From positions 16,926,001 to 16,990,000 of the forward strand of contig OX597818.1 of assembly GCA_951406725.2 (NCBI GenBank): a stretch of 64,000 nt of DNA, in the 5' to 3' direction. Every line of letters starts with the position of its first letter. Within the stretch, counting starts at the first letter, position 1. Positions 27,001 through 35,650 of this stretch are shown in pieces. Below the pieces are notes generated by a model. That model was not told where the DNA came from, did not search any database, and saw only the letters and a list, made by a program, of their open reading frames with translations. The translations under genes were made by a program, and so were the position numbers. The stretch is from Octopus vulgaris (taxonomy: Eukaryota).

Positions 27001-28915
27001 AACACTTGTGGACATACTTACAAAATCAAAAAAATCAACACACCACCCATGACTTTCAGAAACATTTTTTCATGTTCAGAACTACTGAAGCATGAAATAA
27101 ACTACCTGCATCAATTGCTAGCTGTTGAGTCACTACATCTTTCAAAACTTCCATGCTTCCTCAAATTCACTATCAGTACACCTGATGCCTCTCCTCCCTC
27201 ACCCCCATTTTTTAAAGACATATTCACTCTTCATTTCCTGTGCATATTCTATGTACTCTTCATGCAGTTTTGGTTACTTTTTCTGATACAGTACTCCTTA
27301 GAACAATACAATAAATTCATTATTATTATTGTATAATACAAGATATTTAATATAAAATTGAGGGCCAAAATTGCAAAGTAGTCATTATATATTCAAGTTT
27401 AAAAAAAAACACTAATAAATGCAACAGCAAACCTTTGTAAGCAAATTTGCTGAAGGTGGTAGGCCTTAGATGCCTAATAATTTATACACTTTATTGCCAC
27501 TGTTATGAAACCCTGTATGTCTGTATACTTACTTACCTACCTACCTACCTTGGCACCAGTGATGGCACAGGTGATAGAACTGGAGCAGCATGAAATAAAG
27601 TGTCTTCCTGAAGAACACAACACAGCCTGGTCTGGGAATTGAACTTGCTACCTCTTGATTGTGACTTTGACACTCTAGCCACTCAACCATTCACCTTCAC
27701 ACCAGAATAACCAACTGATGATATTTAACACTTAAGCCTGTAAACCAAGTGATAGCCAGCCAAAATATTCTACAGGTTTTATGTTCAAACTGGCCGGATC
27801 TGACCTTTCACACCTACTCTACAATGTCATTCTAAAAGCGAACAATAACTTTATCAAAATCTTAAAGATATGAAGCGGTGCAGGATTAATTCAAAACAAT
27901 GTGAATAAATAAGCATTACATTTGACGGGGTAATCTGAGTGCTAAAGAGTTTATGGGTTGTTGTAAGGCTTGTTTCCTACCAAAAGTTATTGCTGTTAGA
28001 TGTCACATTGTATTTACATCCGTTCTCTCCTTTATTCAATGAACAGACATGGAGGATGTCAAGCTGCATTATTCTGTGCCCTGTGGACACTCTATGACCA
28101 ACTCCATCATGACAAGTCTATAGATGTTTACCAAGTTGCTAAACTGTATCACTTAAAGCGAACTGGTATTATTGGAACCAAAGTAAGTAGATTCTCTTTT
28201 ATTTTTTGTTTTTTTATTTTTTGACACAAACCATTATATATAATGTATATATGCATATAAGTTTTGGAGATAAAGACACATGCAAAGAAAAATATTAGCT
28301 TGCAGAGTGAAATTCGATGACTGGCACCCGTGCTAGTGGGGTGCAAAGAGCACCATACGAGTATGATTGCTAACAGAGCGGCTAACCCGCTTCCTTGCCA
28401 GTGGCACATAAAAGGCACCATTCAGGTGTGATCGTTACCAGCGTCATCTACTGGCACTTGTGCCCCGTGCTAGTAGGGTGCTAAGAGCACCATCCAAGCA
28501 TGATCGTTGCCAGAGCGGCTAACTGGCCTCCGTGCTGGTGGCATGTAAAAGGCACCATTCGAGCGTGATCGTTGCCAGCATCGCCTTACTGGCACCTGTG
28601 CCGGTGGCATGTGTAAAAAGATTCGAGCGAGGTCGTTGCCAGTACTGCCTGACTGGGCACGTAAAAGCACCCAGTACACTCTTGGAGTGGTTGGCGTTAG
28701 GAAGGGCATCTAACTGTAGAAACACTGCCAGATCAAGATTGGAGCCTGGTGCAGCCATCTGGTTCGCCAGCCCTCAGTCAAATAGTCCAACCCATGCTAG
28801 CATGGAAAGCAGACGTTAAACGATGATGATGATGATGATACTATATGTGAAATAAAAATGTATGTAATCCTATATTTCTGTAAACTAATCTCACATGTAT
28901 ATATACATTATTTTC

Positions 28916-28955
<40 letters not shown>

Positions 28956-31213
28956 AATTAGTCAGTAAACAAAGTACCTGTCATTGAGATTAGGATATAT
29001 TTCTGTACAGTATGGTTAATATGACTGAAATTGGCTTCAGTATCCCTAATTAATTATATCAGTAATTTTTCCATGAGATACTTGGTGAGCGTTTAAACTT
29101 TTGAAATTCAACAGTTACAGGTAAAGATTTCTGAGTTCAATCTCACCTTAGGTGTTGATGCTTTTAGGGTTTGAGAAAATATTATTTGACTGTATTTTGT
29201 GGACTATAAAAAAATGACAGAGTTAGAGGAAATAGTCCAAAATATTTCACAACTGCTAAAGTTCCATTTCACTTAAAATCAAAGGTAGGTCAACTCATAC
29301 CACTGTAACGATCTCAAGGGACCAAAAATTCCATGTGAAATACATCAGGATTTGGAAAGATGGTGACAATGTTTTAAATGTTTACACTATGTACTACATC
29401 AACTTGTCAGCTGGAAAATACAGTATCCTAAATTTTTTTTTATTTGCATTGGTACACCATATCATTGCATATCATTAGAGGTAATGAAAGATATTAGTAT
29501 CAAAAAGAGGCATTTGACCAGATAATACTGCTTTAATAATTCTCACCCAACCCATATCTGCATAGAAAAGCAGACAAAAATACAATGATGATACCCATCA
29601 CTTTTATTGGATAGGTAAAATCAGTAAGTGGTTGAACAAAATAGGTCTTTACTCTACATTCTGGGTTCAAATCTTGCTGTTCTGGCTTCATGCTAATCAA
29701 CTCTCTCCCTCATCATTCAAATTTGTTTTCCTTCTGCCTCTGTTAGCAATTAATGTTATTCAGCTTGTTAAATTATTTCAATCACTTATCAAGTGTTTTT
29801 TTGTTTGCTTCCTTCCTATAAATATCTAGAAATTAGGTGATGAAGTTAACAGTCTAAATAGTCATTATATCAATAATTCCTCAATTAAAATATGAATAGG
29901 GTATATGTTATGTTACAACTTCTCTAATCTACGTCCATCTGCATGGCCTAATGCTGAGGCAATTGAAACAAGGGAGATTACTCTACTAGTGTGTTCAACA
30001 TGAGACGCAGTTTACTCTAACAAGGAGATAAGTTTTCTGGGGTAGATTCTCAATTTTTTGTCGAGGAGGTTTTCTAATGGAATTGGCTATAAAACGAAAT
30101 CAGAATGCTCCCTTACATGTTCCAGATGCTGAGCTGTCAGTGAAAAATAGTCTGCCTGTCACAATGTTTTCATCTCACGTTTCAATGGTTCTGTTTTACA
30201 TATCTTGCTTCATGCTTCCATGACGGGCAGCAGTCAGGTTGTCAGCTGAGTTTGGTGCTACTGTTTTAGAGCTGAATTTCCTTCCTAATACAAACCCTTC
30301 AAATACGTGGTAGGATTGGAATTTGTTTTCTGGTTTTGGTCAGACAAATTCGAATAGGTAGAGTGAGGTGCCTTGATCCTGAGTACAATACAAAGAGTGT
30401 ACTCAAATATGAACTTATGGCCATGGAAGTCAGTAGTATATGTGTCATCATTATCATTGTTTAAATTCTGCCTTCAAAGTTGGCAAGGGTTAGACGCTTT
30501 CTCAGGAGCTGGCCACATAGTAAACTACACCAGGCTTCTGTGTTGTTAGGAAGGGCATCCAGCCATAAAAACTATGCCAAAACAGACAAGCACCCTGCAG
30601 AATGAACTGAGTGCTTTTTGTACGGCACTGGCACAGGTGAGGTCAGTTTTTGCAAGGTTTTTACAGCTGAATGCCCTGCCAAATGTCAACCACTTAACAG
30701 TGTGAGCTGGATGCTTTTTATGTGGCACCAGCACCAACAGGGTCACCAAGTAACTTGCAAGACAAGGAATCTTTGAGAGCGGGGAGGGGCATTGGAGGAG
30801 GTGATCTTGTGTCAGATGATGAAAGGTTAGAGTGAGACAGAGAGACAGAAACAGATGTCTTGCTATAGAGGATGTACATGGTTACCTGGCCAGAGAGAGA
30901 GAGAAAAAGCACGGGGGTTTGGGTATGAAATGGTACTGATAAATCAACAGTTACAGTTTTGTTTTTACTAATGTATAACTGCCATCCTTCCAAAATATCT
31001 TCTTTTGCATCGAACTTTAACATTGTCTATTTGTTTCTGTTGCAGGACAACTATCATTATTTGTACAAAGCAATCGACAGTCTATGTAAACACATGGCTG
31101 AGAAGGAGAAAGAAAAGGAGTCCTATCGAACTGCTACACTTCCTCACCACAGAGCCATCAAAAATGGCATGTTACCTAACTCTAACTGCAATGGGCCTTG
31201 GCCAGACATGTAG
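463..31213 (+). CDS. Ptp99A: Receptor-type protein tyrosine phosphatase, Ptp99A / PTPRG-PTPRZ (R5)-like; 5'-partial gene, 16 coding exons (TM, juxtamembrane, D1, D2, stop)
   Basis: Exons joined by hand via GT-AG introns give one frame (2090 nt, first exon phase 1). D1 motifs [73 protein letters not shown]. Juxtamembrane [22 protein letters not shown] and the D2 signature IIVIDRHGG match Ptp99A/R5 RPTPs as I recall them. Confidence 0.9.
701..929. mobile_element. piggyBac-type MITE nested in a tRNA-derived SINE
   Basis: TTAA-CCCTTTAGCATT ... AATGCTAAAGAG-TTAA; splits a SINE head (~645-700 / 930-1020). Confidence 0.8.
2961..3067 (+). CDS. Ptp99A: RPTP exon 2: juxtamembrane (R)[35 protein letters not shown]
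   Basis: Acceptor tttcAG|A, donor G|GTATGT; phases compatible with both neighbours. Confidence 0.8.
3517..3745 (-). mobile_element. SINE-like interspersed repeat remnant
   Basis: Right end resembles the core of the SINE at 59715-59957 (CAGTTGAGTGATCTGGAGTAACATGAAAATAAAGT); CCTTTAC-type tail on the minus strand. Confidence 0.45.
4668..4765 (+). CDS. Ptp99A: RPTP exon 3: [33 protein letters not shown] (wedge region)
   Basis: Acceptor tttgcAG, donor GAT|GTAAGT; R5-like HV..LHAD..GFS motif. Confidence 0.9.
4995..5226 (+). mobile_element. Young tRNA-derived SINE (family A, Meta-domain-like) with 16-bp TSD
   Basis: A/B-box-like head (GGCAGAAACGTTAG, GTTCAAATTCC); central CTTTAATCCTTTCGGGGTTGATAAATTAAGTACCAG; TSD AGGTATTAGCTGAGTA at 4979-4994 and 5227-5242. 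Confidence 0.88.
5440..5650 (-). mobile_element. piggyBac-type MITE copy, opposite orientation to 701-929
   Basis: Reverse complement of the 701-929 element; starts TTAACCTCCTTTAGCAC. Confidence 0.7.
6373..6922 (+). repeat. Left arm of ~550-bp inverted duplication (partner 11520-12083)
   Basis: Reverse complement aligns over the whole length, including non-SINE sequence; ORF track shows mirror ORFs 6368..6688(-) / 11764..12009(+) and 6405..6653(-) / 11799..12095(+). Confidence 0.92.
6970..7035 (+). mobile_element. CR1-type LINE reverse transcriptase fragment
   Basis: Translates to [20 protein letters not shown], matching the RT motif YLDFSKAFDKV. Confidence 0.7.
7519..7612 (+). CDS. Ptp99A: RPTP exon 4: [31 protein letters not shown] (D1 KNRY loop)
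   Basis: Acceptor tttctAG|GAC, donor T|GTAAGT; KNRY motif; missed by the ORF track because it is short. Confidence 0.93.
8216..8447 (-). mobile_element. tRNA-derived SINE (family F)
   Basis: Similar to 59715-59957; TGCTCCAGTCCACTCAGCTGGCAAAAATGAGTAATCCTGCGATGGACTGGCATCCC on the minus strand. Confidence 0.75.
8463..8824. mobile_element. hAT (Charlie-like) MITE
   Basis: TIRs CAGTGATTTTCAACC / GGCTGAGAAACCCTG; 8-bp TSD GTTTACAC / GTCTACAC. Confidence 0.8.
9410..9850 (+). mobile_element. Family C retroposon with (TGA)n tail, followed by a family A SINE
   Basis: GGTTGGCGTTAGGAAGGGCATCCAGCTGTAGAAA...GTTAAACGATGATGATG, then GGTGAGCTGACAGAATC head. Confidence 0.75.
10009..10088 (+). CDS. Ptp99A: RPTP exon 5: [27 protein letters not shown]
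   Basis: Acceptor tttcAG|AT, donor GAT|GTAAGT; YDHxR and DYINANY motifs. Confidence 0.93.
11520..12083 (-). repeat. Right arm of inverted duplication (partner 6373-6922)
   Basis: See left arm. Confidence 0.92.
12749..12883 (+). CDS. Ptp99A: RPTP exon 6: [45 protein letters not shown]
   Basis: Acceptor ttgcAG|GGC, donor AGG|GTAAGA; PTP motifs YIATQGP, DFWRMVW, IVMIT. Confidence 0.95.
13302..13436 (+). CDS. Ptp99A: RPTP exon 7: [45 protein letters not shown]
   Basis: Acceptor after (CT)n tract tacAG|AGG, donor AAG|GTACCT; KCxxYWP motif. Confidence 0.93.
13625..13800. repeat. C-rich low-complexity repeat (CCCCAACTCCCCACT-like)
   Basis: Repeated C-runs; G-quadruplex-prone on the minus strand. 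Confidence 0.7.
15576..16052 (-). mobile_element. 5'-truncated RTE-type LINE (3' end of ORF2 plus (TGA)n tail) with 10-bp TSD
   Basis: Translation ...[22 protein letters not shown]...[10 protein letters not shown]...[11 protein letters not shown]...; one internal stop; TSD TGCCATACAT at 15566-15575 and 16053-16062. Confidence 0.9.
16137..16288 (+). CDS. Ptp99A: RPTP exon 8: [50 protein letters not shown] (WPD loop, catalytic Cys)
   Basis: Acceptor aaacAG|AAA, donor AG|GTGAGT; WPDHGVP and VHC. Confidence 0.95.
16745..16880 (+). CDS. Ptp99A: RPTP exon 9: [46 protein letters not shown]
   Basis: Acceptor ttcAG|T, donor GAG|GTAAGT; completes [10 protein letters not shown]; Q-loop. Confidence 0.95.
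18027..18176 (+). CDS. Ptp99A: RPTP exon 10: [50 protein letters not shown] (end of D1, linker)
   Basis: Acceptor ttgtAG|GAC, donor CTG|GTAAGT; QYxFIHD.L.E and GDTEI linker. Confidence 0.93.
18648..19138. mobile_element. Tc1/mariner (Tigger-like) MITE, decayed
   Basis: Left terminus CAGTAATCCCTTG like the element at 50987-51578; degenerate right terminus. Confidence 0.5.
19346..19693. repeat. Near-perfect 95-bp inverted repeat (arms 19346-19440 and 19599-19693)
   Basis: Arms are reverse complementary with 4 mismatches counted by eye; both outer ends run into (TA)n. Confidence 0.92.
20571..20741 (+). CDS. Ptp99A: RPTP exon 11: D2 start [57 protein letters not shown]
   Basis: Acceptor tttcAG|TTG, donor CAG|GTAAGT; KNR and GSDYINAS motifs. 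Confidence 0.93.
21140..21479 (+). mobile_element. Family C retroposon with internal tandem subrepeats
   Basis: Four copies of TGGCACGTAAAAAGCACC, conserved GGAAGGGCATCCAGC body, (TGA)n tail. Confidence 0.8.
23480..23982. mobile_element. Helitron/Helentron-like non-autonomous element
   Basis: Internal ~50-bp repeats (near 23525 and 23772); TGTCAAGTTTC...GGAGGAGTT...TATTATAGAT end resembling 61344-61720. Confidence 0.45.
24159..24287 (+). CDS. Ptp99A: RPTP exon 12: [43 protein letters not shown]
   Basis: Acceptor ttccAG|GGT, donor GAT|GTAAGT; FIITQHP and DFWRMVWD, typical of R5 D2. Confidence 0.93.
25095..25322. mobile_element. piggyBac-type MITE copy
   Basis: TTAACCTTTAAGCATTC ... GAATACTAAAGGGTTAA; same family as 701-929. 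Confidence 0.75.
25381..25512 (+). CDS. Ptp99A: RPTP exon 13: [44 protein letters not shown]
   Basis: Acceptor gaacAG|GAC, donor CAG|GTAAGA; FWP and DFI.ESTQ motifs. Confidence 0.9.
25783..25928 (+). CDS. Ptp99A: RPTP exon 14: [48 protein letters not shown]
   Basis: Acceptor tttcAG|GAT, donor AG|GTGAGT; DDYVL, WP, GPIIVID. Confidence 0.9.
25963..26098 (+). mobile_element. CR1-type LINE 3' fragment
   Basis: [16 protein letters not shown]...SNTRGH; similar to 26850-27185. Confidence 0.6.
26850..27185 (+). mobile_element. CR1-type LINE 3' end (ORF2 C-terminus), decayed
   Basis: [46 protein letters not shown], resembling the CR1 TRGH...RxxFF...WNxLP tail. Confidence 0.7.
28047..28182 (+). CDS. 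Ptp99A: RPTP exon 15: [46 protein letters not shown]
   Basis: Acceptor gaacAG|A, donor AAA|GTAAGT; FCAL..L..QL and [12 protein letters not shown] motifs. Confidence 0.92.
28297..28839 (+). mobile_element. Long family C retroposon with ~5 internal subrepeats and (TGA)n tail
   Basis: Repeated GGTGGCATGTAAAAGGCACCATTCGAGCGTGATCGTTGCCAG-like units, then conserved body and GACGTTAAACGATGATGATG. Confidence 0.8.
31046..31213 (+). CDS. Ptp99A: RPTP terminal coding exon: [55 protein letters not shown]
   Basis: Acceptor ttgcAG|GAC; Y.YLYKAI end-of-D2 motif; TAG at 31211-31213. Confidence 0.85.
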   Translation, partial: DNYHYLYKAIDSLCKHMAEKEKEKESYRTATLPHHRAIKNGMLPNSNCNGPWPDM

Positions 31214-32831
31214 ACCTCAAACATCTCACTCGTTTCCCAACCCTAACCCACTGAATTCTCTCCACTACCCCACTACGACTCTGCTCTACTCTGCCTTCCT
31301 CCCTTCCTCTTATTTTATTACCCTCTTCGTTGCTGCAGATTACCTTCTACACCAACCAATGGGTCCATACACATCAGCTGTGCTAATTTGTCTCCCTTTG
31401 GTTAATTGCTTGGTTGGAGGAGAGAGAGAAAGAGAGGGAAGAGAAGGCATTCATCACCGAAATACATCCTACTTCCAATACTGGTCCTATCACCACTACT
31501 AGTATTACTACTACTACTACACAACTATTGTTACCCCTATCCATCCCCAGTCTTACACACACACACATGCATGCATGCATACACACATATACTTACACAT
31601 GTATACCTTAACAAACATACACCAGTTTCATAAACATGCCATCTGCAGTGGTTTCTTGGGTTTTTTTTCTTGTTCTCCCGTTGTCTAGACATGTGTGACT
31701 GACTGTCATATATATCTGGTGAGCGTGACGAGGCACGCCACCGAGACAGAGGTGGAGATGACAGGGAAAATGCAAAAAAGTAAAAAAATTTAAAAAATGA
31801 TAAAAACAAACCAGAAAAAAATGTATGGACAATAATAAAAAGGAAAACATAAATTAAAAAACATTTTCAATAAAATGAAAATCAAATCAAATCAACTGAA
31901 CAAAATGAAAGAAAATGCATTAAAAAGATGGATATATATACATATATATATATACACACACGCATAAATTATATATATATATATATATTATTTATATACT
32001 ATATAAGACATACATCATATATGTACATTCATAGAAAAATGAGACAGAAAAAATTTTAAAAATATTGAAAAAGACAAACAGGAAAAAGAAAAAGAGTTAT
32101 GGGTTGGGTTGGGTGTTATATTTTATTTTATTTGGAGCAGAAATGTGAATTGCAGTGTCTGTTTGTGTGTCTACTTGTCTGTCTGTCTGTCTCATAAATA
32201 CATTCACATACACACATACTCTCACACACACACACACACATACGCACCCTCTCTCTGTCTCTTTTGCTGGGCATTTTAGCAATTATTCTTAGCATTTGGT
32301 ATTTTATAAATGCATGAATATACACACACTCACACACACACATGCACACAAATACATTGTTTATATATATGTATGTGTGTGCCTGTATGTGTGTATATAC
32401 ACACTCACACAATATATGTATGCATTATATATATATATGTATATGCATTAAAAATATTTACACACTATATATATATGTATATATATATATACCTTTTATG
32501 CATTAGATATACATTATATATATACATCATATATAGCTTCATACTGTAAACCCTGTTATGCTGATCAGCTGCTTCTGTTCTACTGATGATGATGATGGTG
32601 TTGGTGATGATGATTGTGGTGCTATTGGTGGTAGTGGTAGTGGCGCTGGTCTAAACTGATGGTGGCATGATGCTTCAATTGCAAACCATGGAAAGTTATT
32701 GTTTTGTTCCTTTTTATTTTTATCATCATGTTTATATATATACATGCACACGCTTATACATGTGTGTGTGCAAATGCATTCACATATGCATATATGCATA
32801 CACATATGCACACTCACACATATGTGTGTGC

Positions 32832-32878
<47 letters not shown>

Positions 32879-35144
32879 TATACATATATTCTAACAAAGA
32901 TTTGTGTACAGTGTATGCATAATGTCAAGAATACGGAAGCTTGGTACTGTAGGCAGCGTAAAACCATTTATGTACCAGACAGTATGATGTAATTACTGTC
33001 AGTGTCAGCTTCATCTTTCAGTTCTTCAGATTGCAAAATTTAGGAATTGAAAGCTGAAACTCACAGTAACTACAAAGGTCTTATATTTTTCAGTTGATGA
33101 AGTGTATGTACAAACACAGTCACACATAAAGTGGTTGTCCATGGTAAAGTAGGCAATCAAAGCAAGAGATTCACATTCTCTTGACATTTATCTGTCTCTC
33201 TTTTCCCTGCTTTAGCTGTTTCTGTTGTACTGCCTTGTGTTCGTGATCAAGAACCCTATCTCTTTTTGACTGAGTGCACTCAGCCACAAATTGGTGTCAG
33301 ATAGTCATCCAACTCATTGCTGTAAGTAATGGCTGCATAGAAATGCATAATTGGTTTGTTACTTAGTTGGCAATAGTGAAGGTGCATAAACTTGTGGTTA
33401 GAGTGTTGCACTCAAGATTTGGAGTGTAGTTTCGATTCCTGAACTGGGCAGGGCATTGTGTTCTTGAACAAAACACTTTTCATTTCATGTTGCTCCAGTC
33501 CACCCAACAATAAAGGCGTTACCAGCAACAACCAGGAAGTTAACCTTGTGATGGACTAGCATCTCGTTCAGAGGTGTGTGTAGTAATATCAGTCACTTAT
33601 ACTCCATAGAAACCGGGTTAGCCTCCAGCCTTATGCGTCCTCATGACAGACCCATCTTAATTGACAATGCCAGGTTCAATCTTTCATCCTTCCTGTGGGA
33701 AATGCTAAGAGAACCTTGAAATACATATTGACTGTTCCCATCTATACCCTTGGTATTCACAAAAGAATGTGTGTCTGTGTGTTGGCAGTGAAAGAAAATT
33801 TTGTGCCCGCAATCATTTTCACTGTTATTTTTCTTTATCTTATTTTGTTTTACTTTCTGATTCTCTGTTTATGATAGTTTTTGTTAAGTATCTCATCATA
33901 GGAGGAAAGGTTGAGTAATAAATGAACACTGGGATTTTTTTTTTTATTTTACACTAGAGGTAGTGTCTTCTCTGTCTTACACATATACACACGCAACAGA
34001 TCTATGCCTAGATTTCACTTCACATTATATACACATACATGGGAATTCTAGAATAAAAAAACACACTGTAGAAGCTAAAAAATTTCTTATACTTGTAATG
34101 TTCTGGGGGTGTTTTTGTTGGGGGACAGGGGTTAATGTGTACTTTAAGACAGATGTGGAAAGCCTTTTTATAGTAGGCTTTATGAAGGGTATCACTTGTA
34201 AAACAATAATTTAATAATTTGATAAACATTGTATGTAGTACAGAGTACACGATATATTACATTAAGTAAATTATAAAAATTAAATTGATAAGTGATAGTA
34301 AGAGAATGAGAGAGAAATAGAAATGAAAATGCTCAAACTAACAGTTGAATATTTTTCTGAATAGATATATTTAAATAGGCATGATTTTAACGTCCCATAC
34401 AGAGTTTCAAGTTGATCAGGCCTGCATTAGGGTACATTATATACCCTGAGATTATAAATACATATACTTCATGCATACATATATTCATTCATACACACTT
34501 GGTGTAAACACAGGAATTGTATATTCATGTACTGCTTATGTGTAACTGAATGATGATGCTCTACAATAAGTCCTACCCACTGGGGGCTCTTGTTCTTCCA
34601 TTTTTTTATTTTTATTTCATCTCCTTCATTCTCTTGTAGCTCAATTCTTGGCAAGAGAACATCAAGTGTACAATGTGCTCATCATCATCATCATCATAAT
34701 CGTCATCATCATCTTATTTAGCATGTTACTATTAGTATTATTATTATCATCATTACTAATAGGGTGATAGGTTGACAGAATGCCTTGAGGCATTGTTTCT
34801 TAGTTTTATATTTTAAGTTCAAATCCCAGTTGACTTTGCCTTTCGTCTCTGCAGGGGTTATACTGAAGTCAATATAATCAACTGCATACTCTCCCTTCCC
34901 ACCTAAATTTCAGGTCTTGTGTTAATGTTTGAAACAACTATTATAATTATGACATGTGGAATTTGTTTTGGCTTCTTTTGATCTGAGTTCAGATCCTACA
35001 AGGGTCCACTTTGCCTTTCATCCTTCCAGCATTGATAAAACAAATACCATTAAAGTACTGAAGTTGACATAAGCAACTGCTTTCTCCCACTAAAACTTAA
35101 AACTTTGTTGTTATGTAAGAAATAATAATAATAACAATAATAAT

Positions 35145-35650
35145 AATAAATGTCCTGGTGCAATACCATGTACATGTTTTGTCTTGGTATAAAAGATGGG
35201 CTACAGCAAATATTCTGCTCAATACTGCAGATTTGCTTGTTGGTTTGTTTGACCATAACCAGTTGATCATGTCCCTCAGTGGCTGATGATGTGTGCATCT
35301 CTGATCATGAGCAGCAGGAGTATTGAGCATCATAGTCATGTGTTGAGAAGAATTTTGGGGGGTTTGAATAATTCACCTCTGGAAACTTAGGTGTTTCATT
35401 CATAATCCTTAAAAAAACCTTATTCAAGGATCTCTTGAGCAGGATGAACTACTCAACCTGAAGAAAATTCTAATTGGGCTCCACCTGCAAGGTCATGCAC
35501 TGTTTATTTTGATATGACATCACCATGTCACGCACATATGGTTATGATACATGTACCTGGTGTACTCTTATCAAACAGGTAGTCATAATGGGCACATTAG
35601 CCTTTGTATATTTGTACCCCAATGTCACTTTGATAGCCCTCTCACTTGAT
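35145..35650. mobile_element. Unclassified interspersed repeat flanked by (AAT)n tracts
   Basis: Compositionally distinct ~500-bp block between AAT microsatellites; class not determined. Confidence 0.35.

Noticed and set aside
31005-32992. Many overlapping ORFs after the stop codon
   Set aside because: Microsatellite-derived (CA/TA) translations in the 3' UTR.
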